The notes under the pieces were generated by a model, which saw only the letters and a list, made by a program, of their open reading frames with translations, was not told where the DNA came from and did no database searches. Source: Eledone cirrhosa (taxonomy: Eukaryota). Taken from it: a stretch of DNA of 64,000 nt. The stretch lies in NCBI GenBank assembly GCA_964016885.1, contig OZ024741.1:324446001-324510000 (forward strand), read 5' to 3'. This document shows, piece by piece, positions 57,358-64,000 of this stretch (position 1 is its first letter; every line of letters starts with the position of its first letter). The position numbers and the translations under genes are program-made.

Positions 57358-57612
57358 GTAGCAAGGGTGTTGGACTTACGATCATAATGTTGTGGTTTCG
57401 ATTCCTGGTCTGGGCTGCGTGTTGTGTTATTGAGCAAAACACTTCATTCCACGTTTCTGCACTATCCTCAGCTGAAAATGAGTACCAGCAATTGCTAGGG
57501 GTTTTACCCTGCGATGGACTGGCGTCCTGTCCAGGGGTACGGGGGAGTCATGTACTCTCAGTAACTTCACGGCATGAAATTGGGATAAGCACCGTTCTAA
57601 CGACCCTTCAGG
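57358..57612 (+). mobile_element. tRNA-derived SINE with a Nin/Deu-like central domain
   Basis: GGTTTCGATTCCTGG B-box, TTGAGCAAAACACTT, GAGTACCAGC..CCCTGCGATGGACTGGCGTCCTGTCCAGGG..GGGATAAGC. Family name recalled from memory. Confidence 0.55.
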
Positions 57613-58094
57613 CTTAACTCTTTCGCATTTAAACCGGCCATATCCGGCCAGAATTCTCTCATCTGTTTCTATTCAAACCAGCTATAACCGACCATCATAC
57701 TGACGTCTCAAAATAAATAATATCAAAATCTCATAGATTCGATATTAGGTGAGATAATTATGTGAGATGAAGATTTTACCACAAAAATACAATAATATAT
57801 ATATAGAGTAATGTAAATGCTAAAGTTTTAAGACAGATTTTAGAGAAGATTTTAGAATGGCGCGGTGTGTCTTTCCTTAACGAAACAAAACCCACCAGAA
57901 CAATTATTGCAATATATCCGTATATACACATCTGTCGAAGAGTAATTATTTCATCCAGTGATGATTGTGTATATAATACACGAAACATTAAAGTCTGAAC
58001 CTGATACAAATATTTATCTTAAGATCTGTACACATTGTGTTGTTTTCCACTGTAATTAATTACTTAACACTACATATAATTAAAATTAGCCACA

Positions 58095-58660
58095 CATATG
58101 TTGCCACTGATCCACCGTAGACTCTTTCGACCTCCACCCGCTTTCCCGTCACTACAATACCGGCCGCCTTCTACGCCACGATGCTCTCAACGAGGTCATA
58201 AAGCATGGCTTCGATGCTGGAGGCTTCTCCTTCCAGCTGGAGCTGGTGGGGCTGGACCGAGGGGACGGCAAGACGACAGACGGCACGACCATCTTCTCGT
58301 TCCCGGGGGGTAAACCCCACATCTGCGATGCCACATGCAGCGACACATTCTCCAGCGACAACCTGGTGCAGTCTGCGACTAGCCCAGGTTCTGCTGCACT
58401 TCGGACCGTGGTGGGTAAACTCTCCAAATATCGGTCGCTCTGTTACAGGTTTGCAGTCAAGCCCATAGCAGTGGAAACTTCTGGTGTCCTTGGCCCTAGG
58501 GCTACCTCCCTACTCATCTCCATAGGCACAAACCTGGCTCTCTGCAGGAATGATTCTCGCGAGATGGAATGGCTTTCAGAGCATCTCCCTCACCATCCGC
58601 CGAGGAAACACCTTCTCTTTTCTGTCCATCGGGGGGCGTGGGGCGGCCAATACGTGGGAC
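58095..58660 (+). mobile_element. CRE-like non-LTR retrotransposon RLE fragment (degenerate)
   Basis: RHDALNEVIK..GLDRGDGKTTDGTTI..CDATCSDTF..KLSKY..PIAVETSGVLGP. Confidence 0.72.
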
Positions 58661-59321
58661 CCCATTTGCTCATAATAGTGAGAGATGGGGAGGATGAGAG
58701 AGATGGAGGCGATGACACTCGGAGTTCAGCTCCTCTGTATTCGGACCTGGTGTACGTGTGTGTGTATATTTACTTCTATTCATTCGATCTGATAGTAACT
58801 TATAATATATAAATAGTTGTTAAGAAAATAGCAACAACAAAAAATCCATTTAATTAGCCCTTTTCAGAATATCGAGTACTAGCAAAACATTAACATTCAT
58901 ATAGCAACAAATTATTGTAATTAATATTAATTCCTTTAAATTCATTCTCCGAGAAAAATTTCAAGTGTATACACACATAGACACATACACAGTAGAAATA
59001 TATAAATGAATTTCTATCAGTATATAGAATATCGACTTGCTGCACCATTGCCGCTCAATGTAAATTTGGCACATCCATAAACACATACACACACGCGCGC
59101 ATTCTGAAGCAGCCAAAGTGTATGTATATATACAGAGTGGATAAGTGAGATTGCGTGAATATGTGTATAAATGTAAACATACCAGAAATAAGAATTTCCC
59201 TGCGCGAGGATAACTAAAATAAATATTTATCTAAAAAATCCGAATGATCTCCAATACTTAGTATAATCAAAGTTTCAGCTGCAAGTAGCAGATGAGTAAT
59301 ATATATATATATATATATATA

Positions 59322-60311
59322 TAAGATAAATCAAAGTGAATTTAATCTAAATCAAAATTATGGGTGTCATGCCAGAAAGGCATGCGCCATATCACCCGTA
59401 AAATAATCTCCAAGATTCTAATGAATAGGTCCGAGCATTTTATAACAACTAGAAATTGATTAACATATAAATAAACATATGAAACAATCACAGGGGATAA
59501 TGTTTACAAGTGTGTAAGCACACATAGCTAGATAGGTAACTAAATAAAGTTAACTAGAACTTCAAAAATAGATACCTTATAATATGATTAATCTTCCCTG
59601 TATATATTCCATTAAAGAAATATATTTCACCAATTAATCGAATGGTAAACCACGGAGGCCGATACTTGGATTTTCAACAAGGAAGAAGTCCAGCCATCTG
59701 TGTTTACGCATTAAGTTCAAATCAGCGACTGGCCAGTAACACGTTCTGTGTCTACTAAAAATGCACACTTCATACCATCTTCGTCTCAGTGGCGTGAATA
59801 GGGTTATCGACAACTAGAAATAGCAGTCAAGTCTTTTCAACAGAGTTAGCTCTACAATTAAGGAGCCGTATTTATATATCTATATCCAAAATTAAGATAA
59901 ATCAAAGTGAATTTAATCTAAATCAAAATTATGGGTGTCATACCAGAAAGGCATGCGCCATATCACCCGTGAAATAAGCTCCAAGATTCTAATGAATAGG
60001 TCCGAGCATTTTATAACAACTAGAAATTGATTAACATATAAATAAACATATGAAACAATCACAGGGGATAATTTTTACAAGTGTGTAAGCACACATAGCT
60101 AGGTAGGTAACTAAATAAAGTTAACTAGAACTTCAAAAATAGATACCTTATAATATGATTAATCTTCCCTGTATATATTCCATTAAAGAAATATATTTCA
60201 CCAATTAATCGAATGGTAAACCACGGAGGCCGATACTGGGATTTTCAACAAATTATCCCCTGGGATTGTTTCATATGTTTATTTATATGTTAATCATTTC
60301 TAGTTGTTATA
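59322..60311. mobile_element. Tandem duplicated ~360-bp repeat (59322-59680, 59893-60251) with an inverted terminal segment (60252-60311)
   Basis: Near-identical direct copies; same family as 3860-4267; flanked by (TA)n. Confidence 0.75.
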
Positions 60312-60361
60312 TATATATACATATATACATTATATACATTATATACATATCGTTAGATACA

Positions 60362-60412
<51 letters not shown>

Positions 60413-60460
60413 CGATATATATATAAAATGTATATATATATAGGGTTTAGGATGGATACA

Positions 60461-60505
<45 letters not shown>

Positions 60506-60540
60506 CGATATATATATATAAAATGTATATATATATATAT

Positions 60541-61595
60541 AGGGTTTAGGATGGTGATTAGGACGGAACAAAAGGAGAAAAGAATAAAGGAGAATCCTTC
60601 GTCAGCTGTAAATATCCCGATCAGGTGTTTCATCGCTGAATTACAGGACATCTGTAGAGATCGGGAACGCTCAAGACCGTTTATTAATCAATAGGCCAGG
60701 AGGAAAGGAGTTCCGTCCTAACCAACATCTTAAACCTTGTTTTTAGTAACCACACAGCTCCTTTCGTTTCGTATCATTTTGTATTTGCCGCTGTGACCCT
60801 ACCTGCTTTGGTCGATCTGTATTCCCTCCATACTTTCGACCCTCCCCTTCTCTCTTCCCTTCTCCTCCTCACTCTCGTTTTTTTCTCTCTCCCTCACTCT
60901 CTCTATCCATCCGTTCGGTTTTGATTGTTGACATGTTTACACGTGTCGTGGGTGAGAGGGTGGGGGTTCTCTGTTACCCTGTTTTTACCACGGTCGTAAA
61001 AAAACCTTCTGGATTATCTCCATTTCCCTTCTTCCCCTCACTCCCAGTTGCTTGTGTCTCTCTCTCACTCTCTCTTGCCAATGAGATAGTCAACACGATT
61101 AATACCGACTCCGAGTCGTAGCTGACCACCAGGCTTAAGTCTCTCAGGTTGGCCACAACTTACTTTCCCTATTATTCCACGGTTACTCATTTGCATACTT
61201 CTTTCTCCAGGGATCTGTTCATCTTTTTTTTTCCCCTATTTCTTTCTCCTTTTTTTCTCCCTTTTCTCCCCTCTCTCTTTTTTCCTCTCACCTCATCATC
61301 CCCCCCCCCCCCCTCTGTTCTTCCTCTTATCCCTCTTTTTCCTCTTTTCTCTCCCATTTTTTTCTCTTTTTTTCTCTCCTTTCTCTCTCCTTTTCCTCCT
61401 GGCCTTTTGATTAATAGGTCTTGGGCGCTCCCGATCTCTACAGATGTCCTGTAATTCAGCGTCGAAATACCTGATCGGGATATTTACAGCTGACGAAGGA
61501 TTCTCCTTTCTTCTTTTCTCCTCTTCTTCCGTCCTAACCACCATCCTAAACCTTGTTTTTAGTAACCACACAGTTCCTTTCGTTTCGTATCATTA
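60541..61595 (+). mobile_element. Non-autonomous element with PLE-like inverted plus direct terminal repeats
   Basis: 60541-60710 is the reverse complement of ~61385-61552, and 60711-60778 is a direct copy of 61527-61594. Flanked by (TA)n. Confidence 0.6.
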
Positions 61596-61612
61596 TATAT
61601 ATATATATGCAT

Positions 61613-61657
<45 letters not shown>

Positions 61658-61730
61658 TATATACATACACACACATATATATATATATACATATATATAT
61701 ACATACACACACATATATATATATATGTAT

Positions 61731-61835
<105 letters not shown>

Positions 61836-62254
61836 GACATCGCCAGCTAACGTTTGGAGATCATTATGATTTCTGTATTTAAAATTAAATACTACATTTG
61901 AGCTTCCTCCTATTACCTGCTTTATTACATATTTGGTTTATTTAACGAACATTACATGATATTGTTTTGTTATTAATGGGACTAAGCTCGATTATTAAAA
62001 TAAATAAAACAAGCTCACTTTTTACACCGATGATATTCTATGTATCAAATGATATTTTGAATTATCAAATAAGTATCTTGCTCGGCGGTTCATCTTGCCC
62101 CCGGCAATGCAAATTACAAATTTACGATCGTGACCCGAAACCCTAAACATTAAACCTCTCGCCTTCGTGGGTAGTAAAGGGAAACAAAAAAAATAAAGAA
62201 AAGAGATAGAAAAAGAAAACAAAAACAAACGAAAGCCTGAGTGAAAGAGGAAAT

Positions 62255-62660
62255 ATGAACGGTGCATGTGTGACTGTGAACGTTAGATTTGAACGGTATG
62301 TGTGAGAGTGAAAGGTAGGTTTAAATGGCGTATATGAGACTGAAAGAGAGATTTGAACAATGTGTGAGAGAGATTTCTGAACGGTGTATATAAGACTGAA
62401 AGAGAGATTTGAACGGTATGTGTGCGACTGAGGTGATTTGATCAGTGTGTGAGAGATTTTTGAACGGTGTATGTAAGACTCAAAGAGAGATTTGAACGGT
62501 ATTTGTGAGAGTGAGGGTACTTTGATCGGTGTGTGAGGGAGATTTCTGAACAGTATGTGAGAGTGAAAGGGAGGTTTGAAGAAATTGTGTTTTTAACTGT
62601 GTGTAGTGAAAGGGAGTGTATGTGAGAGTGAGGGAGATATTTAAATGGCGTGTGTGAAAT
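62255..62660. repeat. Degenerate minisatellite (GAGAGATTTGAACGGTATGTGTGAGAGTGAAA-like)
   Basis: More than ten diverged 25-35 bp units. Confidence 0.75.
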
Positions 62661-63060
62661 GAAATTAATGGGGGAATATTAATTAAAAACGTTAAATCAA
62701 CCATAAATAATAATCTAAACATTTTAATATCGATTCAAAGAAAATATATTAGTCATGTTTTAAAATGTAATTAAATATAAAAATATTCCAATTCTTTGCA
62801 CTGGACAAAGAGATATAATTTGATTTGTGAAGTTAATTCAAAATATACATTTTAATTGTTAGGATCCATGCCCGTGGACCAATAAGTGCTGGAGACGTAT
62901 TGGGCATTTTAAGACTTTCTCCAAATCTGAACCCAACCGATTTCTTGACTTGATTTCTTCCAGAGAGAGAGAGATAGAGAGAGAGAGGGAGAGAGAGAGA
63001 GAGAGGGGGGGGGGTAGAGAGATAGGGAGAGAGGGAGGGAGAGAGAGAAAGAGAGAGAGA

Positions 63061-63098
<38 letters not shown>

Positions 63099-63099
63099 A

Positions 63100-63240
63100 T
63101 CGATCCCAGCACTGGACTGGTAATTTGTTTATCAACATAGAAATGATGAAAAGCAAAGTTTACTTCAGCAGGGTTTGAATTCAGAGCACAGAGATGCTGA
63201 GGCGAAAACCCCTAACGATCTAACGCTTCTGTCAGTGCTT
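63100..63240 (-). mobile_element. Degenerate tRNA-like SINE
   Basis: CTGGTAATTTGTTTATC..GATGAAAAGCAAAGTT..TTTGAATTCAGA. Confidence 0.55.
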
Positions 63241-64000
63241 TCCCTATTATTAGTAGGAGAAAAAAACTAAACAAATGTTTTAATATATGAGAGAAGATGA
63301 CCTGCAGCAACTATTGATTATTTGCGCGTGGATTAAGATAAGTTATTTACATGCGTAGATACAAGCATTATTTTTTTTTTCAGTTTGTAAATGGTTCTAA
63401 AACGAGATAATTATATATACAGTGAAATATTCTGAATAACCTTAAACTGGTTTCCAGGATATTGTGAATGATAGTTCGAATTTGATGGAAATGATAAAGT
63501 GGCAGATTCTAGAAACGCCTGGTTTAATGTTAAGGTTAAATATAACTTACTCAAGAACTACGGGCAAAATATTTGACAGCTTAAAGTCTAAACATTAGGT
63601 GTATACAGCAGTGTTGTAACGATACAATAAGTTTGAGTAGAAATTTGTATAAATAATATTTGAAAAGTATCGAAAGTGGTGAGCTGTAGATTAGTCTTTT
63701 AAGTGCTAGTAGAAACACAACGAATGAAGACATTAGACAACGATGGTAACATGCAAAAGTTAAAAATATAAGTATCAAATGGATTTTAATTTAAAACACG
63801 TAGGTTTAAGATGATTAAATCAATGTAATATTGGTGAAAGTATACAACGAACAAGACTTCGGTTGGTTAAAAGTAATAACTCGAAGCGTTTCAAATCCAA
63901 TTTAATTCGAAGTGAAGGGTTACTTCTATTGTTGAAATATTCTGTAAAATATGTCTAGTTTGGATATTTCAATCCGTGCGTTTGTTACACATAATATTTC

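Overview
AT-rich, microsatellite-dense eukaryotic DNA with no convincing host protein-coding gene. The SINE and repeat families resemble those I recall from octopus, which is an inference. The window is almost all mobile DNA in two microsatellite niches. (1) A ~25 kb pile-up (about 11.4-37 kb) of non-LTR retrotransposons inserted in (AAT)n. It holds seven R4/Dong-type RT+RLE copies from about four families, all on +. Tx1-like APE-RT elements lie on - (one full length, 19448-25510), and tRNA-like SINEs appear to share the Tx1 3' tail. (2) Penelope-like elements (RT+GIY-YIG) and their short derivatives, mostly in (TA)n, with inverted terminal duplications and several hammerhead ribozyme motifs. 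These include a CCGAUGA core variant and one motif with a predicted loop II-loop III pseudoknot. Also present: RTE, Ingi/Vingi and CRE-like fragments, a Helitron-like element, MITEs, a head-to-tail SINE array and a decayed stand-alone SGNH esterase. All calls come from reading the sequence by eye; no searches were run.
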